Source: Takakia lepidozioides
Lineage: Eukaryota > Plantae > Bryophyta
Assembly (NCBI GenBank): GCA_030704615.1
Contig: CM060731.1
Coordinates: 59,706,001 to 59,770,000, forward strand
Reading direction: 5' to 3'
Length of the DNA stretch: 64,000 nucleotides
Below, one piece after another: positions 14,111 through 27,559 of this stretch (positions are counted from its first letter, which is position 1; each line of letters starts with the position of its first letter). The position numbers were made by a program, and so were the translations under genes. Below the pieces are notes generated by a model. The model was given only the letters and a program-made list of their open reading frames with translations, searched no databases and was not told where the DNA came from.

Positions 14111-14584
14111 TCAGGGGCTGCTATTTCATGAGCCATGAGCCATGAGCGGCATGAGCCATGAGCAGAGTCGTAAGTGTCGAAAAAAACATGAGCAGGACTA
14201 TTTTCTAGAAATGAGTGTCCGCGGGAATAGGGTGTCACAGTCATAGGGGGAGAAGGACCTCCCGATGAAGGAGGTTCGGCAATGTTTTCTAGAATTACAT
14301 ATTGAAAGGCAATGTTTCGCGAATGGTAGTGTGGTACCGCTCTCTACAATGGGGGCCCATTTCAGCCTACCAGCCACTTGCAAAATCCACCCACACTCCC
14401 AATCCCAAACGAAATGAGGAATGATGCATTCTAAGAACGATGCATTCTGGGAACGATGGATACAGAATAGAACAAAAAGAGGGCACAATGGGGTTTTTAT
14501 TGATCCACATGAATTGCATTTGAAGCACGTCTACTGTGCTGATCGTGCAAACAAATCTTTAGCCCTATGCCTTCTGAATACAAG

Positions 14585-15297
14585 TCACGTTGTCAATGGG
14601 ACTTCGACTGCTCTGAGAACTAGCTCATGAGTCATCGGGCTCCTCCAGGTAATCTGGATTGCAGCCGTTGTACCGCCCCTGTTGATGTTCACCACAATGT
14701 CGTGCCCTTCAATCATACCACCATCGAATATGGAAAGTTTCACGTTTTCGTCGTCCACACCAATGCGAATGTCCCCATACAATGGAGAAGAGGAGCGCAT
14801 TCCTTCAGGAGTATAAGTCTCTCCGATGGAGTCCACCCACATCCACTGGCAGCAGTTCCACCGCAACAGCATAGCAGTGCGCATTCTTCTGCATGGGTGC
14901 CCGTCGTAGCTGGGAAAATCGGAATCAAGGATGCGCAGGAGCCACGGACTCCTCAGACCAAGATCGTCACCCGCTCGAAGGCGTACTGGCCTGGGATATA
15001 CTCAAAAGCGGACAATGTTTCCACATTCAAACCAGTATCTTCTGTGTAATCTGTGTACCAGATAACGATGTCTCCCGATGTGGCCGAATACATTGCATAA
15101 TCGAAGCCTCCATAAGGGCAATCGTCCCGGTTCCGGAAGCACGGCATCCTTGCAAAGGAGGACCTGAGGACGTCTTTGATGCCGATGACAATGACCTTGC
15201 GGACAGCAACGAAGCCCTTAGATTTTAGAAATGAGGAGAAGCGGAAGAGCAGTGCGGGCTCCAATAATGGAGCATTTGGGTCACATGTACCCACCAA
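14585..15297 (-). pseudogene. Unknown ~200-aa cargo ORF, paralog 1 (frameshifted; second copy at 40130-40843)
   Basis: RMPC..N..DCPY...DYAM....GDI, WNCCQW and DGG.I.GHDIVV are shared with the divergent ORF on the + strand. Confidence 0.6.
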
Positions 15298-15667
15298 TCA
15301 TCATGTAACGTGTTCATCACGCCAGCGGTGGATGAACCGATACCTCTTTCTCATCCACGGGGTATAGTTTGAAATCTGCCACCGAAGTCCATCCCCCGGA
15401 TGGAAATTCGGCGCCGCATTTACATCGAAGGGGGGATGGACTTCGTCGTCTCGAGTGGCTATAGGCCCACCTGGCACTTACTGCCCATACTTTGCATGGC
15501 AGGGAAGGAAAATTGAAACGGCTACATTCATGGAGCAGCCAATCTTCATCCGTGCAGGTTCCTGTCGGGGGAAAATTAAATGTGCCCTGGAGTGTTTGTG
15601 AGGAATTGCAGCGTTTGCTTGAATTTCTTCCAGCCACCGCACTGCTGCCTCCTCCATCCGGGAGCTG

Positions 15668-16281
15668 TTGTCATTGAGCGTACTCCGCTACTCTTTTTCA
15701 AGGATGCCGTGCCGTCGAAATCCTGCTGACTGCCCTTATCATGGCCACGATTATGCTATGTTCAAACCAGAATCAGGAGACATCATTGTCTGGCTCTCTG
15801 TTTTCACAGACGCTTCTGGAATCAAGCGGGAGTCTTTGCGCGCAGTGGAGTATCTGGAGGGCTATTACCGCTTTGAGCGAGGTGAGGGCGAGGGTCAATG
15901 CGGTCCGTGGGTCCTGAAAATTGTTGACCTCGATATACCAAGGTGGAATGGGATGCGGACAGATCACGCACGGCCTCACTTTGGCGCTGGAACTGCTGCC
16001 AGTGGACCAGGGAGGACGGCACCGGGGAAAACTATATTCGTGGAGTTCACTCCGCTTTTCCAGTGTATGGAGACATTCGGCTGAGTTGCGAAGACGAATC
16101 GCACGGGCACAAGAGGCCCACAGTGACCTTGTCAATGTATGATGGTGGTATGATTGATGGGCATGACATCGTCGTCAGCTCCACCAAGGGCACCAGAACG
16201 ACCGCATTGCAGTTTACCTCGAGGTGCCGCATCAGTAATAAGCTTGTTTTGAGGGCTATCGAAGTTCCGTCGACATGGTGA
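15668..16281 (+). pseudogene. Unknown ~200-aa cargo ORF, paralog 2 (frameshifted here; open frame at 41126-41782)
   Basis: FSRMPCRRNPADCPYHGHDYAM...WNCCQW...DGGMIDGHDIVV...LVLRAIEVP. Confidence 0.6.
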
Positions 16282-16554
16282 CGCCCATGTAGAAGGAGGA
16301 AGGGCTTAGATTTGTCTGGAGTTGTTAAATGTGAGACACCGTGTTCGATCAATAAAACAACCCATCGTACCTCACTTCTGTGTGCTTGTGTTTCATCGTG
16401 TTCAGGAACTGCCGTAATTGACCCACTGTTTACAATTTGAGGTCTCATTTCTACAATGTGTGTGTCCATATGAATATACCAGAGTCAGCAATATCAGAGT
16501 CCTGAGGTGACGAAAATCCATCTATGAGTAAAAGGAAACATGTACACGCCGAAG

Positions 16555-17625
16555 CTCGGAATTCGGCACCGCATTTCATTTTTCTCCATGCAGCGATTTC
16601 TGGTAGCTCCCTTTCCTCCGTTGTCGTCGTAACGGAAATGTTGTACAGCATTTCATTTCCTGACATGGCATTACCATACTTCGAATTTGAAATGCGGCGC
16701 CGCATTTCCATATTGGACCTTGAATTGTCCGAGCATGTCCAGACGCTAATGCTTGTCAATGTCCATACTTGAAATGCGCCACCGCATTTCCATGTCCGTC
16801 ATTGGAATTTCGTACCAGACAATGAAATGCGGCACGGCATTTCCGGAGAGCACAATGGACTGCGGTGCCGCATTTTCGTCGAAGGGTCTGGAATTGGACA
16901 AACAACGATGTCCGTTCTGGAAATGCGGCACCGCATTTCCATGTCCATCATCAAAATATCGTATTGGACAATGGAATGCGGTGCCGCATTTCCGTCCAAC
17001 AAGACGGAATGCCCACACGGGTCTGGAATTGGACAAACAACGATGTCTGTTTTGGAAATGCGGCGCCGCATTTTCATGTTGGGCAATCGAAAGTTTTTAT
17101 AGGACAATGTAAGTTTTTATAGGACAATGTAAGTTTTTATAGGACAATGGAATGCGGTGCCGTATTTCCGTCAAAGGGTCTGGAATTGGACAAACAACGA
17201 TGTCCGTTTTGGAAATGCGGCGCCGCATTTCCATGTACGTCATCAAAATTTCTTATTGGACAATGGAATGCGGTGTCGCATTCCCGTTTAGCATCATGGA
17301 ATGGGGAGCCGCATTTCCGTCGATGGGTCTGCAGCTGGAAAAATGTCCATCTCCAAAAGGTAAATGCGGCACCGCATTTCCATGTTCGACCTTCGCATTT
17401 CCATTTACCTCCATGGAAGGAGCTGGCAATCGGCAAAACTGCCGTGTCGGAAACGGAAATGCGGCACCGCATTTCCGTTTGTCCGAACAGTTTCTGATGT
17501 CCAAACCATGAAAAGGAAAATTGTTCTTGCCCCGGTTTTGGAAATGCGGTGCCGCATTTCCAAAGGAGGTTTTTGCAATTGCCACATTTCCGTTCCGACA
17601 TTGAAATGCGGTGCCGCATTTCAGA
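16555..17625. repeat. Array of about 16 palindromes, (G)AAATGCGG[CG/CA/TG]CCGCATTT(C), subfamily A
   Basis: Motif read directly at e.g. 16690, 16921, 17056, 17213, 17362, 17457, 17542 and 17604; the array is repeated at 22170-22990 (inverted) and 42030-42905. Confidence 0.95.
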
Positions 17626-17803
17626 TTTTGGGAGGGACCAGGTTTGACGATGTTGTCGTTGAGAAGCACATGGGAGAGGGGACATGAAGGACGGGGAGAA
17701 TTTCCTTTATATACTTTGGAATAGAATTTAAATGTATAGAGAGTTCATTAAAATTCTATTAATCTTGAAAATCATCACTATCGTCGTCCTCTCCTTGACT
17801 GTC

Positions 17804-19982
17804 CTACTCCGCCTCCACCCCGTCATTGCCTTTCTCATCTCCAGTGGACTGCTCGTTGGCCAGGCTTTCGAAAATCCCATCTTCACCTTGCGGAACCGAC
17901 CATCTCACCTCTGTTGGCTCGTCGTCCTCCCTGTCTGCATCGCTCTCATCCGCTGAATCACATATGAACTTTCGCACCCGTCTACCTGTCTCAGCTGTTG
18001 CCAACTCTTTCCTTATCCTTCTGTCCTCCCTAGCCCTCTCCAAAATCTGCTCTACTTTACTGGGATTCTCACATCGTCTAATCGCTGTATTTGCGAGTTT
18101 AGCTGCATAACTAGGAAGGGAGTAGTCCTTCACCGAGCTCGTCATGAAGTCGGCCCTCGCAAAGAACGGGACATTCTTCCTGGCAGGAAGTGTAGGCCCC
18201 ACATGTTTCGACCCGGATCCTGGAATCCTGCACATAACAATCACCAACGAGACCAATAAGAACCATAGTCCGCAAATGCGTTTGACAAAAAATCACCCAG
18301 AAGGCTTTGCAAACTTACAATGTTTGCACTCACTCGTATTTTGGGTTCTCCTCGGCATCAATGTCCACTGTCTCTTCCTCCGACTCCGACGAATACGAGG
18401 AGTCTTTGGCTTCGATGGGAGCCTTCACATTCCGTTGTAGCCCTTCCAGATAGGATCCCCAGACGGATGTGTCCTCCTCGTAGGCAAAGAGGTGCCGGTC
18501 GGAAAATCGCCCAGCCCACATTGAGGCACCTGTACAATGCCATCCACACATTATGACATGGCCCTTCAGATGTTGCGAATTAAAGCATAACGAGAATTTG
18601 CAGAACAGCATACAACAAGATTCTGCATACCTGTCCCACAGATGAGGTCGAGCATTGTGCCCTCCACGTCAGTGCATGTCTCCATAATTGTCTGAATGAA
18701 GGCAGGGCTCCGAGTCCGTGAATACCGCAGGGGTTCAGTTGAAGTGAGGCTATGAGGGAGAAGTTCCGTGGGAACGTTGTTGAACAGGACGTCGTAATCG
18801 ATGGGGTCGCAGTTCGGGTCAACCAACAATCCCTCCTTCCGGAAAGCAAAGGTGGAGTTCTCCTTCACAAAGCAGTATGCATCGAATTGCTTTGTCTGCA
18901 TACACAGTGGGGAACGATTAGAAATCGAATGCGGCACCGCATTTCAAAACTCCAAAGAAAATGAAAGGACGAGTGCCAATGTCGTAATTACCTTCTTCCC
19001 TTCCGACTGAAGGCCCAATGTGTTGATGCACGTCCACTTCTTCTTCAGAATTGGGACGGCGCTCTTGCGGGTCCACTTCGCAATTCCTGTCTGCGTGTTT
19101 TTGCCTCTGCTCGCCAGGACAACCACACAGCCTCTGCCGTCCAACACCATGCGGGCGAGCCCGAATCCTTTCTTCCAAAAGTCCTCGGAGTACCTGTTCC
19201 AAGATGGCAAAGCTTGCAGTCCTTCCACAGGCTCTCCGTCCGGAATATCCAAGATGATCATATCGCAAGACCACTCGGTGACATTTCCGCCCCTCCTGCA
19301 ATCCTTGTCTGCACACACCCTCTCAAAGAACGAGACCATCTTCAGAAACCCAGGGGTGTCGGAAGGCTCTTCGGCAGCCGCCTTCTTCAATGTTGTGCCC
19401 TTCAGACCCTCCATGGTCTTCATCTATGCCAACTTCGCTGCCCGTCCATCCAAAGCCGCCAAGAAACTCTCATTCACACACTGGACTACTGTATCGGGAT
19501 CCACTTTCGGCCTCTTCATTTCCACCGGCTCGAAAAGGTGCCCCCCGGGGGGTTGAAGAGTGCCTTCTTTGCCGAGCCAGTTCTCGTCCCTCTCGTGACA
19601 ACGGTGGGCACATGGGATTTTGGCTGCGTCTCGGGGGGTGGGCTGGTTGCAAAGTCTCCATCGGAGTCCTTTTCCTCATCCTCTACCTGCACTATCTGTT
19701 TCTGCTTCTTCATTTTCTTGGGTGTCACAACAGCTGCTCTTTGCTGGCGAGTCCGCTTCTTGGACCTCTTCTGTTGAGCCTGCATAGCTGCATCCACCGT
19801 CTTCTGTGCCATCTCAGCTGCCTTTCTGGATTGTTCCAGAGTAGCAGCTTCCTTTGCCGACTTTGGCCGAGCAGGGACACGTCTTTCCTTTCTCTTCTCT
19901 TCTGCTTTCGCGTGCAGATCTTTCTCAGACTCGTCAACAATTCCGCCAGACATGTCCAGGTACCACGGGCATCCATCCAACC
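17804..19982 (-). pseudogene. 3' half of the ParB-MTase cargo gene (beta-class N6A/N4C methyltransferase-like), subfamily A
   Basis: CDMIILDIPDG occupies the motif IV position. Splicing 18631|18529 gives MLDLICGTG-ASMWAGRFSDRHLFAYEED (SAM-binding motif I). Introns 18991-18896 and 18630-18530 are GT-AG. Confidence 0.75.
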
Positions 19983-21610
19983 TCTTCCCTTTTCCAGATC
20001 TGCCAATCTTGCCCTTGATGGTCCCACATTTGGCATACATGTCCATGAGGCCATTGTCCAGAATCACATCAGGTACAATTCTAGCTTTGACAATGAAACC
20101 ATGGACCTCTTCCCTTTCCCAGGGCTGCCAAGCTTGCCCTTGATGCTCCCACATTTGGCATACATGTCCACGAGGCCATTGTCCAGAATCACATCAGGTA
20201 CAATTCCAACTTTGGCAATGAAACCATGGACCTGATCTTCCCTTTTCCAGAGCTGCCAGGCTTGCCCTTGATGCTCCCACATTTGGCATACATGTCCACG
20301 AGGCCATTGTCCAGAATCACAATCAGGTACAAATTCCAGCTTTGACAATTTTCCAGAGCTGCCAGGCTTGCCCTTCATGCTCCCACATTTGGCATATATG
20401 TCCACGAGGGCATTGTGCATAATCACGTCAGGTACAATTCCAGCTTTGACAATGAAACCACGGATCTCTTCCCTTATCCAGAGCTGCCAGGCTTGCACTT
20501 GATGCTCCCACATTTGGCATACATGTCCACGAGGGCATTGTCCAGAAGCACATCAGGTATTATTCCAGATTTGACAATGAAACCATGGACCTGATCTTCC
20601 ATTTTCCAGATCTGCCAATCTTGCCCTTGATGCTCCCACATTTGGCATACATGTCCACGAGGGCATTATCCAGAATCACATCAAGTACAATTTCAGCTTT
20701 GACAATGAAACCATGGACCTCTTCCCTTTTCCAGAGCTGCCAGGCTTGCCCTTGATGCTCCCAAATTTGGCATACGTGTCCACTAGGGCGTTGTCCAGAA
20801 TCACATCAGGTACAATTCCAGCTTTGACAATGAAACCATGGACCTGATCTTCCCTTTTCCAGAGCTGCCAGGCTTGCCCTTGATGCTCCCACATTTGGCA
20901 TACCTGTCCACGAGGCCATTGTCCAGAATCACATCAGGTACAATTCCAGCTTTGACAATGAAACCATGGACCTGATCTTCCCTTTCCCAGAGCTGCTAGG
21001 CTTGCCCTTGATGCTCCCACATTTGGCATACATGTCCACGAGGGCATTGTCCAGAATCACATCAGGTACAATTCCAATTTTGACAATGAAACCATGGACC
21101 TGATCTTCCCTTTTCTAAAGCTGCGAGGCTTGCCCTTGATGCTCCACATTTGGCATACATGTCCACGAGGCCATTGTCCAGAATCACAATCAGGTACAAT
21201 TCCAGCTTTGACAATTTTCCAGAGCTGCCAGGCTTGCCCTTCATGCTCCCACATTTGGCATACATGTCCACGAGGGCATTGTTCAGAATCACATCAGGTA
21301 CAATTCCAGCTTTGACAATGAAACCATGGACCTCTTCCCTTTTCCAGAGCTGCCAGGCTTGCCCTTGATGCTCCCACATTTGGCATACATGTCCACGAGG
21401 CCATTGTCCAGAATCACATCAGGTACAATTCTAGCTTTGACAATGAAACCATGGACCTCTTCCCTTTCCCAGAGCTGCCAAGCTTGCCCTTGATGCTCCC
21501 ACATTTGGCATACATGTCCACGAGGCCATTGTCCAGAATCACATCAGGTACAATTCCAACTTTGACAATGAAACCATGGACCTCTTCCCTTTCCCAGAGC
21601 TGCCAGGCTT
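19981..21610 (-). repeat. Tandem satellite of ~125-bp units derived from a PPR gene (about 13 units)
   Basis: The unit encodes [32 protein letters not shown] but changes frame every unit; periods are 125 or 128 bp, with shorter variants. Confidence 0.92.
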
Positions 21611-22127
21611 GCACACGCACTGCAAACTCACACAAATGTGTTGTGGTCGGGCTTCATCCCTTCACCCATCATTTGGTCATGATAGGTCTCCAAAGGCTCC
21701 ATCCCGCACCACTGCTGTGCACATCCTGCAATCATCGCGCTCCATGACACCACATCTTGTTCAGCCATAGTGTTGAACACTCCCTCCGCATCCTCAATGC
21801 TCTCACATATATTTGGCATACATGTCCACAAGGGCATTGTTCAGAATCGCATCTGTTACAATTCCAGCTTTGGTGATGCAACCATGCACCTCTTTGCCCT
21901 TTTGCAGGGCTGCCAGACTTGCACACGCACTGCAAACGCAAAATCTCGTTCAACCATAGTGTTGAACACTCCTTTCGCATCCTCAATGCTCCCACATTTG
22001 GCATACATGTGTCCACCAGAGCAGTCATGTTCAGGATGACATCTGGTACAATTGCAAATTTGATGATGTCACGATGGATCTCTTTGCCCTTTTCCAGGGC
22101 TGCCAGGCTCCCACACGCACTGCAACG
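21610..22127 (-). pseudogene. PLS-type PPR gene fragments (inverted copy at 42946-43460)
   Basis: [16 protein letters not shown], and EDAEGVFNTMAEQDVVSWSAMIAG. Confidence 0.8.
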
Positions 22128-23441
22128 TTTCATTGTTTGGACATCAGAAACTGTTCGGCCGCCGAACAGAAATGCAGTGCCGCATTTCTGTTTCCGACAC
22201 GACAGTTTTGCCGATTGCCAGCTCCTTCCATGGAGGTAAATGGAAATGTGGTGCCGCATTTACATTTTGGAGATGGACATTTTTCCAACTGCAGACCCAT
22301 CCACGGAAATGCGGCTCCCCATTCCATGATGCTGGACGGGAATGCGGCACCGCATTCCATTGTCCAATAAGAAATTTCGATGACGTACATAGAAATGCAG
22401 CGCCGCATTTCCAAAACGGACATCGTTGATTGTCCGATTCCACACCCTTTGACGGAAATGCGGCACCGCATTCCATCGTCCTATAAAAACTTACATTGTC
22501 CTACAAAAACTTTCGATTGCCCAACATGGGAAATGCGGCGCCGCATTTCCAAAACAGACATCGTTGTTTGTCCAATTCCAGACCCGTGTGGGCATTCCGT
22601 CTTGTTGGACGGAAATGCGGCACCGCATTCCATTGTCCAATACAAAATTTTGATGACGGACATGGAAATGCGTGCCGCATTTCCAGAACGGACATCGTTG
22701 TTTGTCCAATTCCAGACCCTTCGACGGAAATGCGGCACCGCATTCCATTCTGCTCTCCGGAAATGCGGTGCCGCATTTCAAGTATGGACATGGACAAGCA
22801 TTAGCGACTGGACATGCTCGGACAATTCAAGGTCCAATATGGAAATGCGGCGCCGCATTTCCAATTCGAAGTATGGTAATGCCATGTCAGGAAATGAAAT
22901 GTTGTACAACATTTCCGTTACGATGACAACGGAGGAAAGGGAGCTGCCAGAAATCGCTGCATGGAGAAAAATGAAATGCGGTGCCGAATTTTCGAGCTTT
23001 AGCGTGCACATGTTTCCTTTAACTCATGGTATATGGTACATGGTATATTCATATGGACAGACACATTGTAGAAATGAGATCTCAAATTGTAAACAGTGAG
23101 CCAATTACGGCTGTTCTTGAACACGATGAAACACAAGCACACAGAAGTGATGTACGATGGGTTGTTTTATTGATCGAACACGGTGTCTCACATTTAGCAA
23201 CTCCAGACAAATCTAAGCCCTTCCTCCTTCTACATGGGCGTCACCAAGTCGACGGAACTTTGATAGCCCTCAAAACAAGCTCATTACTGATGCGGCACCT
23301 CGAGGTAAACTGCAATGCGGTCGATCTGGTGCCCTTGGTGAAGCTGACGACAATGTCATGCCCATCAATGATACCACCATCATACATTGACAAGGTCACT
23401 GTGGGCCTCATGTGCCCGTGCGATTTGTCTTCGCAACTCAG

Positions 23442-26400
23442 TAGCATTGGCAGAGTTCTGGGCAGCAGGGTATTCCAGCGGACTCTTCGAATCCCACTCT
23501 GTCGCATGGTCTCCCTTCCCATCGTGAGGCAGGCACTTCCCGGAGATGTGGATAAGCTCAAGTTCGCATTTCGAGAAGGGTACCGTCTAGGTTCGCCAGC
23601 CTTCTACGTTTCCCTTGAGAATGAGGACGACGAATCTTGTGGACCCACTGCGGATGAATTGTCAACATGGGATACCCACTGGCACACTCGCAACGACGAA
23701 TTCGAGACAACGCTGAAGGGTGATCCAGACTTCGGCCATATGTCGGGTAAAATGTTCTTTGTGTGGGACAGGAATCACCGACTTCTGGCCTGGTGGAAGT
23801 ACATCAAGCAGAACCATGCCAAGCACATTGGCTGGCATTACATGGTGGAGTGTGTCATCCTCAAGGTGAAGGCGGCAGACTCCTCCCTGCTCAAGAATGC
23901 CATGGCGGACCTCAACTCGTAAGATACTCATACCCTCCCAAGCACGTTCGAAATGCGGTGCCGCATTTCGGTTTCCAATCTGTTTTGTTTCCGTGCTTTT
24001 GTGGACTGAACTGGAGAGTGTGCCTTGTAGGGTCACTGAAAATGCATAAGTGCATACCCACATGGCACATATGCTGTACAGGGTGAGGAAAACTGGTCTC
24101 ACTGATACGCACATGTTTGCGGAAATGCTGGAGCCCGAGCTCATTTAGAAAGCCGTGGCAAAAACTGACCGGACATGATATCGTCTCACTATGGATGGAA
24201 TGGTGGAGGTGATATACGAAGCAAGTCGTCCTCCCATTTCCCTCTGCTCATCCTTCCCCAATTTTCAGTAATCTTTCCACATGAATCGAATGTAACGCTT
24301 CTGCATGTTTTTTTTGGCAGTCAAACATCATGCTGGAGTTGGCCCATGCCAAACGCTTCTTCATGGAAAGTGAGGGGCAAGTCAAAACGTTGTAGTCATT
24401 GACTGAGCACTTGAAGGAAGCCGGGGTCAAGTCCAGAACGAAATATAAGTCAAAGCTTGTGAAGCTGGTGGCCATTGCAGATCCGGCACTTGGAAAGGAC
24501 TTCATCCCCGAGATTGCAAAACACTATTCTCGGGCCATGCAGCCGACCATGTAGTTGGAGAAACTGCATCACCTCTCAACGGCATGTGTTGAGGCGAAAG
24601 AGAAGGTGAGGTTTCGATGCATTGAAGTTCCTTCCTAGCAATAGCCACTCTTCTTCCTGCTCCTGACATTGGATCGGAAATGGCAGACACGGTGGCTGTC
24701 GATCTGGAATGCATCGGAGAGTATAAGGACAATGTGGTCTTTTCCACTCGAAGTTTCCGACCCTGCAGTGGATGTGTGGCTCAACCGCATGACTTGGTGG
24801 TTCCAGGTAATTCAAGGTACTTCCCCAGATTTGCTTTCTGAAATGAATTCCCTGAACTGCTACGTGACAATGCACGCGGGAATCGCAGGTAATGACGAAT
24901 GCGAAGGAGCTAGTCGTAATGCATACAAATTCGTTCGGCTTGTCCATCAAATGGGATGGAACACAGACATTGGAAGACTACGTGACATGTTTCAGATGTG
25001 CGTACAATGACAACCTCTTCACCAGGGAGCTGCAGACAGCGAGAAGGAGCGTGGAGTTTACACATCAGGAGGGAACGGGAAAAGCTGCAATGCGAATTGT
25101 TTACAGGTGAAGCCCAGCTGTCCTTGTATGCGAAGCCTGGTTATGAGGTTTGTCTGGGAAATGCGGCACCGCATTTGCATTTTAAGTTTTCGGTTGCACT
25201 CTGCGAGTACGTTGGTCTCAACTTTGCTCACGCATGCTGACTGCCCTGCAGGTATATGAAATACGTGCTTCTTCAGACAGGGGCCCTGGCTCAAGAGCCC
25301 CCGTTCTTCATGGCTTGGACCGTGGCGGGCCCAAGCTGTGTGTACACACCCCAGATGCATAAACAATGGCATGCCGCGCATCTGGTTGGATGCCCGTGGT
25401 ACCTGGACCTGTCTGGCGGAATTGTTGACGAGTCTAAGAAAGATCTCCACGCGAAAGCAGAAGTGAAGAGAAAGGAAAGACATGTCCCTGCTCGGCCAAA
25501 GTCGGCAAAGGAAGCTGCTGCTCTGGAACAATCCAGAAAGGCAGCTGAGATGGCACAGAAGACGGTGGATGCAGCTATGTAGGCTCAACAGAAGGGGTCA
25601 AAAAAGCGGACTCGCCAGCAAGCAGCAGCAGTTGTGACACCCAAGAAAACGAAGAAGCAGAAACAGATAGTGCAGGTAGAGGGTGAGGAAGAGGACTCCA
25701 ATGGAGACTTTGCAACCAGTCCACCCCCCGAAACGCAGCCAAAATCCCCTGTGCCCACCGTTGTCACGAGAGGGACGAGAACTGGCTCGGCAAAGAATGC
25801 ACTTTTCAACCCCCCGGGGGGGCACCCTTTCGAGCCAGTGGAAATGAAGAGGCCGAAAGTGGATCCCGATACAGTAGTCTAGTGTGTGAATGAGAGTTTC
25901 TTGGCAGCTTTGGATGGACGGGCAGCGAAGTTGGCATACATGAAGACCATGGAGGGTCTGAAGGGCACAGCATTGAAGAAGGCGGCTGCCGAAGAGCCTT
26001 CCGACACCCCTGGGTTTCTGAAGATGGTCTCGTTCTTTGAGAGGGTGTGTGCAGACAAGGATTGCAGGAGGGGCGGAAATGCCACCGAGTGGTCTTGCGA
26101 TATGATCATCTTGGATATTCCGGACGGAGAGCCTGTGGAAGGACTGCAAGCTTTGCCATCTTGGAACAGGTACTCCGAGGACTTTTGGAAGAAAGGATTT
26201 GGGCTCGCCCGCATGGTGTTGGACGACAGAGGCTGTGGTTGTCCTGGCGAGCAGAGACAAAAACACGCAGACAGGAATTGCGAAGTGGACCCGTAAGAGC
26301 GCCGTCCCAATTCTGAAGAAGAAGTGGACGTGCATCAACACATTGGGCCTTCGGTCGGAAGGGAAGAAGGTAATTACGACATTGGCACTCGTCCTTTCAT

Positions 26401-27559
26401 TTTCTTTGGAGTTTTGAAATGCGGTGCCGCATTCGATTTCTAATCGTTCCCCACTGTGTATGCAGACGAAGCAGTTCAATGCATACTGCTTTGTGAAGGA
26501 GAACTCCACCTTTGCTTTCCGGAAGGAGGGATTGTTGGTTGACCCGAACCGCGACCCCATCGATTACGACGTCCTGTTCAACAACGTTCCCATGGAACTT
26601 CTCCCTCATAGTCTCACTTCAACTGAACCCCTGCGGTATTCACGGACTCGGAGCCCTGCCTTCATTCAGACAATTATGGAGACATGCACTGACGTGGAGG
26701 GCACAGTGCTCGACCTCATCTGTGGGACAGGTATGCAGAATCTTGTTGTATGCTGTTCTGCAAATTCTCGTTATGCTTTAATTCGCAACATCTGAAAGGC
26801 CATGTCATAATGTGTGGATGGCATTGTAACAGGTGCCTCAATGTGGGCTGGGCAGTTTTCGGACCCACACCTCTTTGCCTACGAGGAGGACACATCCGTC
26901 TGGGGATCCCATCTGGAAGGGCTGTGCAACGGAATGTGAAGGCTCCCATCGAAGCAAATACTCATTGGATTCGTCGGAGTCGAGAGGAAGAGACAGTGGA
27001 CATTGATGCCGAGGAGAACCGGAATACGAGTGAGTGCAAACAATGTAAGTTTGCAAAGCCTTCTGGGTGATTTTTTGTCATACGCATTTCCGGACTGTGG
27101 TTCTCATTGGTCTCGTTGGTGATTGTTATGTGCAGGATTCCAGGATCCGGGTCAAAACATGTAGGGCCTACACTTCTTGACAGGAAGAATGTCCCGTTCT
27201 TTGCGAGGGCCGACTTCATGACGAGCCCGGTGAAGGACTACTCCCTTCCTAGTTATGCAGCTAAACTCGCAAATACAACGATTAGACGATGTGAGAATCC
27301 CAGTAAAGTAGAGCAGATTTTGGAGAGGGCTAGGGAGGACAGAAAGATAAGGAAAGAGTTGGCAACAGCTGAGACAGGTAGATGGGTGCGAAAGTTCATA
27401 TGTGATTCAGCGGATGAGAGCGATGCAGACGGGGAGGACGACGAGCCAACGGAGGTGAGATGGTCGATTCCGCAAGGTGAAGATGGGATTTTCGAAAGTC
27501 TGGCCAACGAGCAGTCCGCTGGAGATGAGAAAGGCAATGACGGGGTGGAGGCGGAGTAG
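23442..27559 (+). pseudogene. ParB-like/beta-class DNA methyltransferase cargo gene, subfamily A (multi-exon, 5' truncated, disrupted)
   Basis: IPLCRMV...GKMFFVWDRNHRLLAW (ParB/Srx DGxHR-like, 23761-23781), IILDIPDG (~26105) and VLDLICGTG|ASM (~26705-26840). The segment 25384-27565 is the inverted copy of 17800-19982. Confidence 0.75.

Larger units (their letters stand above)
14112..19982 (+). mobile_element. Left arm of a MULE-like DNA transposon, subfamily A (truncated)
   Basis: Starts CAGGGGCTGCTATT followed by TGAGCC subterminal repeats, matching the left end of the TSD-defined element at 27566 (CAGGGGGTGCTATT plus TGAGCC). It carries the 3' part of the ParB-MTase cargo gene in the same orientation. 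Confidence 0.75.
19981..23441. repeat. Large inverted duplication, partner at 41582-44544 (partner lacks ~0.55 kb of satellite)
   Basis: Near-identical reverse-complement sequence and mirrored ORF sets, e.g. 22380+/42049- and 21628-/43236+. Confidence 0.9.

Noticed and set aside
16451-17687. Many overlapping ORFs with EMRHRIS/KCGTAF/NAAPHF repeats (also 22130-23099 and 41900-43000)
   Set aside because: These are translation artefacts of the stop-poor palindrome array, open on both strands.
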